DNA of 64,000 nucleotides from Proteromonas lacertae (taxonomy: Eukaryota). The DNA lies in assembly GCA_002245135.1 (NCBI GenBank), contig NGBS01000302.1, positions 1 through 64,000 on the forward strand, in the 5' to 3' direction. A program made the translations under genes and the position numbers. The notes under the pieces were generated by a model. It was not told the DNA's origin and searched no databases. It saw only the letters and a list, made by a program, of their open reading frames with translations. Below, in pieces: positions 40,267 through 54,535 of this stretch (the stretch's first letter is position 1; every line of letters begins with the position of its first letter).

Positions 40267-43200
40267 ATGTCCAGTATATTACCATTCTTTATATTGTATA
40301 GCATTCCAAAGGAGGAATGTCAATCCAGCTGGGGCAAAGCCTGGTTCAAGGCAGGCAGGTCCTACTCCAGTTAGAGGTAATTTAAAGCAAGGTTTAAAGT
40401 ATTTATTTCTATTCTAATGTTGATTAGACCAAATCAAATAGCTAACACATCTAGTAAGGCTTTGAAGATGGTAGCTCCACCATCCAGTAAAAAGGCCGAT
40501 CAAATTATAGACGATTTTATAAAAAAGACAGATATTCAAAAAGAAGTCGTAGAATGTGCTGAAAGAATCAATACTGTTCTAAACAATTTTGTAGAAGATA
40601 ATGGATATGAACCACTGTATGAATTATCAGATGGGACCTTTGGTGGAAGAGATGCAGTGTTAGATGATCAAAAAGGGAAGTTAACTCTATTAATAGTCAA
40701 TTTTGAAAATGCAGGTATGACAAAATCAGAGATTCTTTCATCACTAAAGAAATGGTTTGAAACTACTTCAGGTGATTTTGGTCGATTGAAATTAGATGTT
40801 GATTTTACAAACAGAAGAAGAGGAGAGCCAATAGATGAGAATAAAGAGACTGAAACAGATTCTTTATTAAGAGAAACTAGCGAATCAGCAGCTGTAATGA
40901 GTCAAGTAGCTGAAGAAAGTACTTCAAATTTGAAAGATTTGTTTCATAGTGCTGTATCTAGAGCAAAGTTTATTGCAGAGAGTTTTTCGTATATATATTT
41001 GTGTTTATTTTATTTTATTTAGAGGTGGTAAGAGTAAGCAAGAAGTTCAAGCATTAGTAGATCAATTACAATCATTGTTACAAGAAACAGAAAAACAAAA
41101 TAGAAGAATACAAATATTAGACGAAGAAATAGGAACAAAAGATGCTGAAATCGCTCAATTAAGACAAACTAATGGTGAAATGGATAAAGTAATGAGAGAT
41201 AAAGAGAATGAATTAAACCAAAGAATATTTGAACTAACCAAATCGACTAAACAAATGGAAATACAAAAGAAGGATGCAGATAGACAATTACATGAATTGG
41301 AACAACAAATGAGACAAATGAAAGCAGATTCAATGAGAGAATTAGAAGCTGCGAAAGCAGCAGCAAATGCAACGAATGAAGCAATTCAAAATCAATTGAA
41401 AGGTGGTTTAGAAAATGCAAATTCAGCTTATGCTGAGTTGAAAGAACAATTTAATAAGAGAAATCAAGAAATAGCTGAATTGAAAGTACAAATAGAAAAA
41501 ATGAAATTAGAAATTGCTCGATTAAGTAAATCTGGTGTTGATAATGCAAGAGAACAACAGAAAATAGCAGAAAATGAGAAGAAAAAAGCAGGAGAAATAG
41601 AATCAACATATGGTAGAGAAATAGAGAAATTAAATGAGATGGTAAGGCAGTTGAATATGGATATTGATTTTAATAGTAAAACAATGGATTCACAAGAACT
41701 GATAATAAAAAATTTAGAGAAAGAAAATGATGAATTGAGAGATAAAGTGGATGACTTATTAGAGCAATTGAAGAAAGGAGGAAGTACTGAAGTAAAGATT
41801 GAAAGAACTAAGAGTAAAATGAAGTTGGTTGATGCACAGAATAATGTGAATAAAAGTCCAAAAAGACAATCTATTCTGTACAAATCTGATACAAAGCAGT
41901 TAGTTTTAGTAGAAAAAGATGATCGGGATACTCAAACTACATTTGATGAAGATGAATATCAATCAGAACAATATAAAAAACGTGTTGCTGTTGCTGCTGA
42001 AGTAATGGAAAGTCCTTTGATTTTAAGAATTAAATATTTACAGAAACAAGCCAAGCTTGCTAAAGATAGTGTAGCAAAGTATAAAGATATGATTGATACA
42101 ATATCAAATGCATCAGCTGATGGAGATGGTATGTCAAAGAAAATACAACATTTGCTTGAAGAAAATGATAAATTAAACTCTTCTATAAGTAATTTAAATG
42201 ATAAATTGAATGCTAAAGATGAAGAATTAAAGAAAGAACATGAAATTGCATTAGAAAATTTAGAGAAAGGAAAACCAGTTATTCCTGAATGTGAAATAGA
42301 AGAGTATGGATTTTTATCATTTTGGGATGATGAAGAGGAAGAAGGTGCAATATTTGCAGTTGATGAAGAAGAAGAAGAAGAAGAAAATAAAGAGAATGAA
42401 CCAACTAATGATGAAGTAATTGATGGTGATGAAGAATTAAAAGATTTATTAGATCAATTAGACGAAAATGAAGAGAAGAAAGAGGAAGAAGAAAAACCAA
42501 GTGAAGTTAAAGAAGATGAAGAAAAGAAGGAAGAAGTTAAAGAAAATGAAGAAAAGAAAGAAGAAGAAGTTAAAGAAGAGGAAGAAAAGAAAGAAGAAGA
42601 AAAACCCAAACGTAGATCATCTATTAAACCAACTGTCCCACCAGGTGTTAAAGAGAAATTATTAGAATTGGCAAAGAAGAATAAACTACTAGAAAGTGAA
42701 GTAGCAAGATTAAAGAAGTTATTAGCACAATATCAACAAACAGCTCATAAAGAGATCAATCATAAGATGAATAACTTCATTAAGAAAGTAGAAAAGATCA
42801 TTGATAATAATGAAAAAGAAAATGTTCCTCCAAGTAATAATGTTGCAGAAAATGAAAATGAAGAAGTTGATAATGTCAATGATTTTGAACAACAAAGAAA
42901 TAAGAGAAAATCAACTAGAAGAAGTAGACAGAATTCAATGAGTGATCAGAAAAAGAGATTATCTTCATTTGGTGAAAATAGATTAATAGAATCAGGAAAA
43001 TGTCAAATACAAGAAAGTATTGATGGAAAACAGATTATTAAGACTGAAGATGGCCAAATATTGACTTTAGAAAATGGGAAATTGATTGCTGCTGAAGAAG
43101 TAAAGGATATAAAACCATTTAAAAAGACAAATGATAAAGAAAAAGAAAAAGAAAAGAATCAAGCAGAAAGTGATAAGCAACAAAGACCAGTTTCACAATT

Positions 43201-46132
43201 AAGAAAAGCTATAGATAGTAAAGCAAAAGGTGAAGATAATAAAGAGAAGGAGAATCATGAAAATGTAGGGGAAAAAGAAGAAGAAAAAGAAAAAGAGAAT
43301 AAAGATAAAGAAAATGAACAAGATAGAATTGAAGATAAATCCAAAACAGAAGAAGATACAAGAAAACAAATTACCTCACCTGATGGTAAAATATTATTCA
43401 TTGATAATGGTGAATTAGTTGATACTCACAAAACAAAACTTGAAAGAATCTCAGAAAGTCGTCCAACAACAGCAGATAGTATGGCATATAATGATGAAAG
43501 CAGACCAACAACAGGAGGTGATGAAACAATAATAGAAAATGATAGTAACTTAGTAAATAATGATAAGAATAAATCGTCTATTTCACCATCAACAAGAAGA
43601 AGATCTCCTAAGAAGAAGTTTGATGATGAGTTTGACTTTAGTGCTAGTGCAGGTTCAAGTGGATTTACTGGTCAAGTGAAGAATATGAAAGGAGGAGGGT
43701 TTTTAATGGAACAACCAAGGAAATCTCAAATTGATTATAAGTTTGAAGCTCATAGAAGAGAATCGTTAAGTAAAGGTAGAACTCCTTCTGTTATAATAGC
43801 ACCAGAATTTCCACCAGAATATAATTCACCATCTTGTGCTTTTGTTGATACTGAATTAGGTCAATCACCACAATATTATCAATATGGTGCTAAAGGATTG
43901 AAGAGAATTTCTGATATAAAGAATGCAACAGCTCCTATATATCCAGTTCCAAGTGAAGAAGAAGAATTATGTAATACAAATCTATTATCTACTTCTACTC
44001 ACACTTCACCATCAACTTCACCAAAGAAATTAACAAGGCCAAGAACCTCACAAACACTCGTTAATGATACTAATTTAAAACCAATGCTTTCGCCAACACA
44101 GAACAATAAGAAACCATCTACAGCCATGCCTTTATCTTCTTCTACTACTACCAATAAACCTTCAACTGCGTCTAATACATCTCCATCACCAACTAGACCA
44201 CCATTTACTCCATTACAACCAACAAAGGTAGTTGCTAAACCCTCAATGAATTATAACCAAATGTCTACTAACTCTAGTGATTATTATCAACCAACTGATA
44301 GTAATGAACAACAACAACAACAACAAAGAAGTCATTCTCCACAATATGATCCAAATGTTGCTTATGATACAACAGGAATGAGTTCAACTGCTTCTATCTT
44401 AAATAGAAGATTAAATCCATCCAATCTATCAGATTTAGTTCCAGAACCACAAATGGTAAGAGTTCCAACAGAATCTTATATTACAATTAATCCAAGAGAT
44501 AGAGATATGACACAACAACAGCAACAACAAAGAAGAAGAAAGAAAGAGCAATTCCAATTGCCTTATGATAATGTACAACAACAGTTAGATTATCATGGTC
44601 AATTAAATCATGGTCCATTTGCTAAACAATTACTAGCTTCAGGTAATAGACCAACATTTGAAACACAAATCAGCGAACCAATTGTACAAGAACCACCACC
44701 ACCATTATCACCAGCTGATTTAATGAATAATGGAAGAAACTCACCACCAGGTAGAGAAGTATTATCACCAACTCCAATTGATATTGTATATAAAGGACCA
44801 CCAAGAAGACCTGTTAGAAATCAATTCTACACTGGTATAGAAGCATTAAAGAAACAATTTGATGATATGGATCCTGTTTTAGAGTATATTATTATATTTA
44901 TTTATTTAAATAGTTGGGTATTAACAAGATTGCAACAATCACAACAAAGTGCTTCTAAAGCATTAGCTGACACAAGAAAACAAGTTAAGACAATGCAATC
45001 AATCATTTCTGATCAAGATTTAACAATAAGAGGTTTAGAAATGAAGATGAAACTGATGGAACAAGCAGGAGCTCGACCTTATGGTGCAATGGAAATAGCA
45101 GAAGAATGTATGACAAGAGATAGAGAATTAAGAAGTAGAAAAGTGAATGAAACATTTGCAAAGTTATACCATAAAGCTCAAGTGAAACAAATAGAAGATG
45201 AACTTCATGATCCAGCGTTAGTGGAAGATATAAAGACAAGAAGAGCGTTACAATTCTCCAAGAAGAAATATATTACAACTTTAAGAAAGAGAGATGAATC
45301 AATAAGAATGATCAATAGAGAAAGAGAAACAAGTCTAAAGATTGTATTACAGACTTATAATGGTATGAAAACAATCGAGAAATATCTCTTCAATGGTGTG
45401 GTATATGGAAGTGCAGTTAGTAATCAATTATACAACGAATATAATGTAATTCAAAATGAAATGAGAATGAGTAGAGCAATTTCAGCAAATGCTCAAAGAT
45501 ATGGTAATATTAACTGTAATAATTATCCACAACTACCTCCAGTATTTGGTGTTGGATATACTCCAGAAACTGTTAGAACAAATATTGTACAACCACAACA
45601 AGAACCACCACCACCAATACATCCATTACATTCTGCTTCAACACCTACATTATTACAACCACAAGAAGAAGGAACAGAACAATCATTCAATAATAATTCT
45701 CAATCACAACAGCAACAATCATCTCAAATCCCACCTCAAACTGCTCCAACTAGATCTTTAACCCATCATTATACTAATCCTAACACTTTATTAAAACCAA
45801 TTCCATCTTATGCTTATAGATATGATCCTTGGGAAGGAGTTAGTCCAATTTATATAGAAGGACCAAATATTCAGCAACCAACTGAATATGATAATACTAT
45901 TTACAATATGAATGCCAATCCACGTTCATCTAAAGTTTTACCTTTTTCACCGATGAAATTAGCTGATAGATCTGCTTATAGAACTCCAGTTATAGGACCT
46001 AGAAGTAGTACAAGTCCTAATAATAGATTAGTAAGAACAAGTAATTGGGGACAAAGTGCTAGAAAGACTTATTTCGATGTAACAAAGAGAGAACCTTTAA
46101 TAGTTAGAAAAAATCCGTTCTTGGACCATTAA
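40267..46132 (+). CDS. Large coiled-coil/low-complexity protein (~1,900 aa), function unknown
   Basis: Spliced start at 40267 joins the 201-aa and 1727-aa ORFs; coiled coils, E/K-rich and S/T/P/Q-rich tracts. Confidence 0.8.
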
Positions 46133-46307
46133 TATTTAAATTCTAGATGGTTTATATTATAATCTTATTTATGTAATTTTAATCTTTTTGTTTTGGTAAG
46201 TGTAAAAAGTGATAGAAAACAGAGAATTAACAAAATAAAACATTATTCAAACACTTGTCAAACCTGTTTTACATTATTTTTGAGTTTAGCAAGAACAGAA
46301 TAGTAAT

Positions 46308-48333
46308 ATGGCATCCACACTGATAGCAAGCATTATAAATCCTAATTATAAGGTATTAAACAACTTAATATCTTTATAGGTGTTAGGAATTATGAAACAC
46401 AGTCATGACAGTTTATTATACAAGATTTCAGAAAAGAAATCAAAGAAATTGTATGTATGTAAAGTAATAATATCAAATAATTCTTCAGATAAACAATGTA
46501 AAGAGTTAATTAATTATTATAGAAAGATATCCACAATACCATGCATTTATGTTAATAAATACATACATTATAATTATTTGAGTGATTGTGTGTATTATAT
46601 AAGTAAAGAGTATCCTCAATCACTTGAAAGTGTAAATCTACCACATTTAGTTGAAAATAAAGAGTATGTACCACTTATAAAGGACATAATATATACTACT
46701 GATATATTGCATAACAATAATATAACTAATGGTAATATAAAACCCTCCAATATTCTTTTTTCTAATGAAGATAATCATTTCTATTTATCTGATTATGGTA
46801 AATACATTTTAAGTAATTGTGTTGATAAATCAGAGCCATTTTTTCAATCAAAAATATCAATGTGTTATTTATCACCAGAAGTGATTAAATCATGTCAATA
46901 TGATTTACAATCTAATGATATATGGAGTATTGGTTGTATTATGTATTATATCTTACATAATGGTTTAAATCCATTCATTGGAAAGAACATATTTGAAATA
47001 TATAATAATATAATGTATTTAAAATATAATAGTGGAGAAAAAGAAGGAGAAGAACAGGAAGAAAATGATTTTACTAAAATATATATGATGATATTTCAAT
47101 CAGATAATCAGAAAAGACCAACAATAGGTAAATTGATTGATATATTATCTGAAACAACTGATTTTAAGAGTGATATTGAAGATTTATCTATATTGGTAGT
47201 AGATAAAATGAGTAATTCAAGTAACAGTATGTTGAATTCAGTCGCAAAAGAGAGTAATAATGAGAATAACTCAGAAATTGTGAAATTTTATATAGGTGAA
47301 GGATTATTTAATTATAAAACATGTGTTGATTATTTCAGTAGATCAGATGATGAAATTAGATTATGGTGTCCAATATATGATTTATCGTTTCTCTTTCCAT
47401 TAATAGGACAAAGTGATCCACCATTTACTATTACAGATCAACATAGTATTTTATTTTTATTTTTATTTTGTAATAATATCTATCATAGTATTTAGTGAAA
47501 ATGATTTGGTTAGATTATCATATGAAAATATGATTGAATCAATTCTACGTAAATATGGATACATTAAAAGGGATGATGGATATTTTGAAACAATAGTAGA
47601 TGAATATGAATATTGGAAAAGTAATAGTGAAGAACCAAAACATGTGTTTAATAGAATATTACAAAGTTTAACGAACTTATACCCAGAAGATACTGAGTAT
47701 ATATTATTCATACAAAATGTGATTAAAGATTGTAATAAATATGAAGAAGAAATATTAGATACTACAATAGTATTATTTTCATATTGTTATTTAATAGAGT
47801 GATTTTTATTTGAAAGATGGAAAAGTGTATGGAAAATCATGTCAAGATATTTGCAGAATGTTTCAAAGTCAGTTTAATACATTGATAATCGATAGATACT
47901 TACCATGGCTATTTCCCAATAAGAATCAAGTTAATCCAACATTTACAGATTATGATAAATATTGTATTTTGTTTATATTGATTATAATAATATAGACTTT
48001 AGTAAGAATAGATCAACTATACAGTTAAGATGTAGGCAGTTAATTCATTTAATCATATCGAAATACAAATTAGAGTATTCTTATGAGACAAAAGAAGTTT
48101 CATCAACATCTAATTATTATATGAAATATAAAGATGAGATATTGAGTATTATGCTGAGAATATCTCAATTCTTAGTGATGATTGACTATAGAGATCAATT
48201 AGAGATTACCAATGAGGTTATTGACTTTGTAACTAGAGAAAATAATATTGACTATGATAATCCTTTGATTTATACACATTCTAAAGATGATAATATAGAA
48301 GTAACAGATATTGAAGAAGAAGATGGAATATAA
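46308..48333 (+). CDS. Pseudokinase with unrecognised C-terminal repeated helical domain
   Basis: NGNIKPSNIL, DYG, YLSPEV, DIWSIGCI; the C-terminus has twice-occurring LFP...P(P/T)FT segments; tiny introns. Confidence 0.75.
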
Positions 48334-48450
48334 TTGTTTTAATTATGTGATATGCATATTGATAATATGTTCATGTAATTATTTTGTTTGTTTGAGTGTT
48401 TTGTTGTTCCAAAATTAATTAAAAACATATTCGTTTTAAAAATTAATAAA

Positions 48451-50348
48451 ATGTCAGAACAAGAGGAAGATCCATTAGCACAACAATTTGATGCTATTAT
48501 TCTCGGAACTGGGATGATTGAATCCATTTTATCAGAGTATTGAATTTGTATATACACATTTAGATCATTATCATCAGCTAAAAAGAAAGTTTTGCATATT
48601 GATAATGTATTTTATTATTATTACCAATTTTTAGAAATCTGTGTATGGTGGCAACTTTGCAACTTTTTCTATCGGTGATTTCACTGGACACTCAGAAAAA
48701 CCAGTTGAAATGAATGAAAAAGTAGATATTTCTTCTGATATTGGTATTATATTATATAAAAACAATCTAACTTCTTTAATAGATCCTTCAAGACTACTCC
48801 CATTAAAAGAGACTATACCATCCTTTGAAATACTAGAAATAAACAACTATGGAAAAGAAAATCCAGAATTGACTGGATGTAGAAAAGAAGAAAAACGAGT
48901 TTTTAATTGATATAAATCCTCGTCTAGTTATCTCTCAAGGAAATACAATTGATGGTTTAATAAACAGTGGAATATCTCAAAATACAGAGTTTCAATTAAT
49001 GGAACATATTTATATATTAGAAGAAGACAAACCAGAGCAAATTCCATGTAATAAAACAGAAATATTTAACAGCAAAGACTTAAAACCAACAGAAAAACTA
49101 CATTTAACTAAATTCATTCAATTTTGTATTGATTATGTAGCAAAATTGAAATATGGAAACGTTGAAACGTTAAATGAACATATGTTAATACATGGTAGAA
49201 TGTTAAATAGACCGCAAAATAAAGTAGAATCTTCTTTACCAATAGAAGAATATATGAATAAACCATTTAAATTATTCTTAAAAGAACAATGTAAATTGAA
49301 TGATAAATTATGTGATATAATCATTTTTACTATTGCTAATTATATTGGTAAAAATAATGAAGAAATGACTACTGAATTAGGAATGAATAATATCACTTCA
49401 TTTATTAAAGGATTAGGTATTTATGGAGATTTACCTTATTTATATTCACTTTATGGCACTTCTGATTTACTTCAAGGATTTTGTAGAGTATCTGCTGTTT
49501 GGGGTGGTATATTTATGTTATGTAATAATATAATTAACTATGTATATGATGATAATGATAAAGATGATTATAATAAAAGAAAAATTGTTGGAATAATTGA
49601 CTCATATGGTCATTTCTTGAAATCTGATAATATTATAATTTCTTCTGATTTTGTTCCATCTGTAGAATATATAAACTGTGATAGTAAAAATGATTGGATT
49701 TATGGTGTTTTTATTGTTGATAAACCGATCTTGAATGATAGATCTTTAACAATTATTCCACCAAATCACAAGTTATTTAATAACTTGAATACTGTCAGAA
49801 TAATGCAAATTAATAGTACAACTAAATGTTGTTATAATGAAACATATATTGTTTATATATCAACATTAAAAGGAGAAGAAGAACAAGATGTTTGTATTGA
49901 TAAAATAAAGAAAATAATGAATTATTTATGTGAGATAACAACATGTACAAATGATGATAATGATGAGGATAAAAAAGAAAAAGAAGAAGAAAAGAGAGTA
50001 ATTCATCCTCATTTATTATGGTCAACAATTTATATAAATCATATAATAGAACAAGTAAAAGAATTACCGAAGAATTTATATATGATAAATATTAAACCTG
50101 AAGAATATAACAATATCGATACTGATTGGTGTTTTGATGTTGCTAAAAGAATGAATGAAGAAATATTTAAAGATGTTCCTTTTATGGTGAAAATACCAAG
50201 GCCTGAAATACCTGATATAGATTTAGATTATATTCCAAGTGGTATAATGTTAGATAAAGATAAAGCTCCCGAAGTATCAAGTGATATTCCTGAAATACCA
50301 TCTCAATTAAATGATGATGATGAAAATAATAAGAATAAAGCAGAATAA
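48451..50348 (+). CDS. CHM: Rab escort protein (REP/CHM, GDI superfamily)
   Basis: FDAIILGTGMIESILS, VLHID...YGG, FLIDINPRL, IFNSKDLKPTEK, YLYSLYGTSDLLQGFCRVSAVWGGIFML. Confidence 0.88.
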
Positions 50349-50468
50349 ATTATTTTGTTATTATTCCTTCTATAGTTTATGATGTTGTTCTGTTTAGGAC
50401 TGTGAAAAATGTAAATTTAAAGTATATAAAACGACTTTAATTTTTGAAATACCAAACAAGTTTGATAA

Positions 50469-51395
50469 ATGAATTTATCAAAATCTGTTGCAAATGATAT
50501 ATTATCTTCAATATTTCCACATGATGCAGAAGTATTTATATTAAGTTTTTACTGTAGATGGAAGAGAGGGTGGAAAAGAGTGTTTGTGAAGTAGATTTGA
50601 AAATACAACATCTGACGGGTATGAAAATGGTTAAAATGTATTTATTAGATGGTTTAAAGAATATTAATGAAAAGATTGAAGAATTAGATATAAGCTGTAT
50701 ATTAATAAAATTGAAAATTTGATCATCTAAGGTAATATGGGTTTAAAATTTTTAGAAAACAATCTAAACAAAACAATTGAAAATCCTAATCTATTTAGGC
50801 AAATTAATTAACTAAAAAGATTGATGAACTTAAAAACTGTAGAAGGATTAAATTAAATGGAAATAAAATCAAAATGAATGGATTAAAGGTTATTTGTTCT
50901 AAAACATTACATAGACATCCATATATATATATGGATGTGATTTTTAAAGTATATTGATTTATATAAATAGTTTATATTGATGATTGATTTCATTAATACA
51001 ATAGAATATTCGATTGACGTATCTAACAACAATATTTCCTCAAAAGGATTGGAAGAATTAGCTTATTTTATACTAAAATGTAGTAAAGTACACATACTTA
51101 TATATAATAACAAAATTGGAGATGAAGGAGTGAAGATAATGTGTAAATATTTAGATAATTTTGTTGAAAGATTAGGATATTATTCTTCATTAAATCTATC
51201 AAGTATAATATAGTTGTTATTATTATCATTTAAATAGATATTGGAATGAGTGAAAAAGGTTTGAAAATCTTGATAGAAAGATTAAGAGATTATGAACCAT
51301 TAAGAAAGATCAACTTATCAGGAAATGAATTGGATGAAAGTGAATTGAAATTAATGAATAAAAAGAAAATATTACTTAAATATATATATTATTAA
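50469..51395 (+). pseudogene. Internally deleted, degenerate paralogue of the pseudokinase-LRR gene at 7034-10343
   Basis: The 5' part matches exons 1-2 of that gene (RVEKS..EVDL.IQH...MVK) and the 3' part matches its last exons, with the same intron positions. The kinase core is missing and stops are numerous. Confidence 0.8.
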
Positions 51396-51413
51396 TTACA
51401 TATTGTTTATTTA

Positions 51414-52763
51414 TTATGGAACAAATCCATCTGATGATCTATTAGATCTATTAGATACTCTTGGTAAAGCTGGAATTGATTGTTGTAACTTCTTATCCAG
51501 TTCATTTCCACTTCCTAGTCTAATATTCTCACCATTACCTCTATTTGATAAAACTGGTTGACTGGCTGTATTCTTCCACATTAGAGTATAATCAACTTCT
51601 TCACTCTAAATAATAATAAGTATATATATATATTAATACAGATGAATTTTGAGAAATTGATCTTCTATCATTACTTGCAGTAGTAGTAGTTGTTGTTGTT
51701 GTGTTATATATTGAATTATTATACGATGCTTGTTTCTTATTTGATTTATAATATGATTGCGGTATTTTCTTATGTAATGTTGCTAATCTTGTAGCTTCTA
51801 AAGCACGATATTTCCATTTCTCCAAATTACCATCACTATGTTTTAATTCATCAAGTATTTGGATTATTCTATCTTGTAATTCATCATTTTCTTCTTTTAA
51901 TTGTCGACATTCATTTACTTCTTCTTGTAATTTTGCATTTCTAATAATATAATAAATAATAATAATAATTAATACTCTGCTTTTAATTCATCTATTTTTA
52001 ATCTCAATTTTCTATTCTTATCTTTTATATTTACTAATTTTTCTGTTAATAATCCATTCTCTTCTTGAGCTAAGGATAAATTCTTTTTCTTATCTCTTAA
52101 GTCTTTTTCATACATTCTATGTTTTCCTAACATCTTTTCTATTCCCTGTTTTTGAATATCAATTTCATTGTGTAAATGTAAATTCTTTATATACAATTTC
52201 TTTGATTCTTCTTCCATTTCATCAAAGGCTTCTCTTTTGAATTCTTCTTGTAATTCAGCGATTCTTTTCCTAAATGCTTGTTCTAAGTTATATCTTTGTG
52301 TAAATGTGTCTTGTTTTAATTTATTCACTTCTTCTGAATGATCTTTTCCTTCCTCTTCTAATGCTTGCATTAATGCATCTACTCTATGTCTCATTCTTCG
52401 AATTTCATCATCTAATACTTTATAACCCTCTACTTGGGATTGTAATTCTATATTCTTTTCGGTTAGTTGTTGAATTTGTATTGTTGTAGATTCTTTCATT
52501 GTTATATATTCATCATTTAGTGTAGTGACATCATCTTGAGTGACTTGTTGAAATCTTTTCATCTGTTTCTGTAGATTTTCATTTGCTGTTTTAAGAGATT
52601 CATTTTCTTCTTTGTAATGATTTATAACTTCCAAGTCACTTTGCCTTTGAGCTGTAAGTTCAGATACTTCGGCCAAGGCATTCTTCAACTTCTCCTTTAA
52701 TTTTTCAGATTCACTAACAGTTTTATCTTTATTCTTCTGCTTAGAACCCAATTTAACAGACAT
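51414..52763 (-). CDS. Coiled-coil protein resembling CFAP157/BBOF1 ciliary proteins
   Basis: Long heptad protein; the segment HSEEVNKLKQD...LEQAFRKRIAEL...AFDEMEEESKKLYIKNLHLHNEI resembles the CFAP157 pattern from memory. Confidence 0.5.
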
Positions 52764-52921
52764 AATTTTTAAAAACGAAAAAAACTAAAAATAACGACTA
52801 TATTTTTTGTATTTAATAAAACGATCATATTTGCTTTAATTAAAAAACAAAAGAAATATTAGGTAGTTTAAATTAATAGTTAATGATTAATATATGCATA
52901 TACTAATAAATAAGGTATTTA

Positions 52922-53850
52922 TCATACTAAGCATTTCATTGCTTTATTTATTTTCATTAAACCAGATAATCCACCCTCTCTTATTTGTATTATCTTCTTA
53001 TTCTTATCTTGATCCGTTGGATTTATACGAATACATTTAACATTTCTATTCTTTGACAAATAATTAGTGTTATATCTTACAGTTGGAACAGCCGTTCCAC
53101 ATCCAATTTCAATTACTACTAATTCATCACACTATAGTAAATAATATTAAAAACAAATACATTTTCATCAAGATCATTTACGAATTTAGCGTATCTGCCT
53201 TCCTGTTCATCAGATCTATTAGATATCCAATTATAATCACCAAACATAAGAATATTAGGTCTTGCTAAACCGCCACACTTTTGGCATTTTGGTAATTCTC
53301 CTTCTGCTGAAAATTTATCAGTTATTTGTAAATCATTTAATAATCCATCAGCAGGCCATAATAATTCACTACAAGGTTGGACACATTGCAAATAATGTAT
53401 AGAACCATGTCTAGTTGCATTAGTTTATTATATAACATACATTTCGTAAATATGATCTTCTTCAAAACCTGCTTTTTGAAATTGACCTATCAACATTTGA
53501 AGTGAAAATGAAATGATCTTTTTTAGTCTTACACCATTCTTTCAGTATATGAAACCCATCATGAGGTTTAGTAGAAGAATATCTACACAATAATACAATT
53601 GCGTATATTACAGTTGATATCTATGTCCAAAAAAAGCCCAAGCAAATTTTGGGTTAAATGAGAATGATTGTGGATTAGATACTTCTGTGAAAGACAATCC
53701 TAAATCCTTAATAGCTGGATAAGCTTTCCAAAAACCATTTACTCCTCTAAAATCTGGTAATCCTGAGTCAACTCCCATTCCAGCTCCAGCAGCGATCAAT
53801 ACATGAGTAGAATTTTTAATAGCAACAGCTGCTTTTTGGATATCTTCCAT
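52922..53850 (-). CDS. Sir2-family NAD-dependent deacylase
   Basis: AGAGMGVDSGLPDFRG, GFWKAYP, FTSNVD(G)QFQKAG, HGS, CxxxC/CxxC, RPNILMFGD, VIEIGCG. Confidence 0.92.
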
Positions 53851-53933
53851 CTTATAATGTTTTCAAAATAATAAGGGTTATGTGAATTTTTAGAAACACC
53901 CATTTTGTATTATTTTGTATTGAAGATATCTTC

Positions 53934-54428
53934 ATGACAATCCATTCATTATTTATTATTAATAAATCTGGAGGTTTGGATATTATTTAGAGTATATTTT
54001 AGTCAATTAAAATTTAGGATTTTTCAGGTGTTTCAAATTTAGTAGGTAATGACACACTTCATTTAGCATCTACATTCCATGGTTTACATGCAATAGCAGA
54101 GCAAGTATATTTAAATGTATTATAATGAAAAGATTTCACCTGTGGAAGGATGTCACGGAATTACTCAAATAGAGTCTGAAACATTTCTCTTGGAGTGTTT
54201 TGAAACTCAAACAGGAATAAAGTATTTTGTAGTTGCAGAACCAGGTGATACTGGCTTAGATACTTTTATGAAACAAGTTTATAAATTATATACAGACTTT
54301 GTTATGAAAGTATATATTAATAACAAATATAATTTTATACATAGAATCCATTTTATGAACTTGAAATGCCAATTAAGTGTGATTTATTTGATGAAAGCCT
54401 TAAAAAGCTTGTTTCCACATTACATTAA
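53934..54428 (+). CDS. TRAPPC4: TRAPP complex subunit 4 (Trs23/synbindin)
   Basis: IINKSGGL, LASTFHGLHAIA, ISP, CFETQTGIKYF, LYTDFVMK/NPFYELEMPIKCDLFD. Confidence 0.93.
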
Positions 54429-54535
54429 ATAATAATAATATATATATTTATATTTTCCTATTTTCCACCACTATAATAAATTATAAAAAAAAATCAAAAA
54501 ATAATAAAACTTCTAATTAAATTAATAATTACTGC

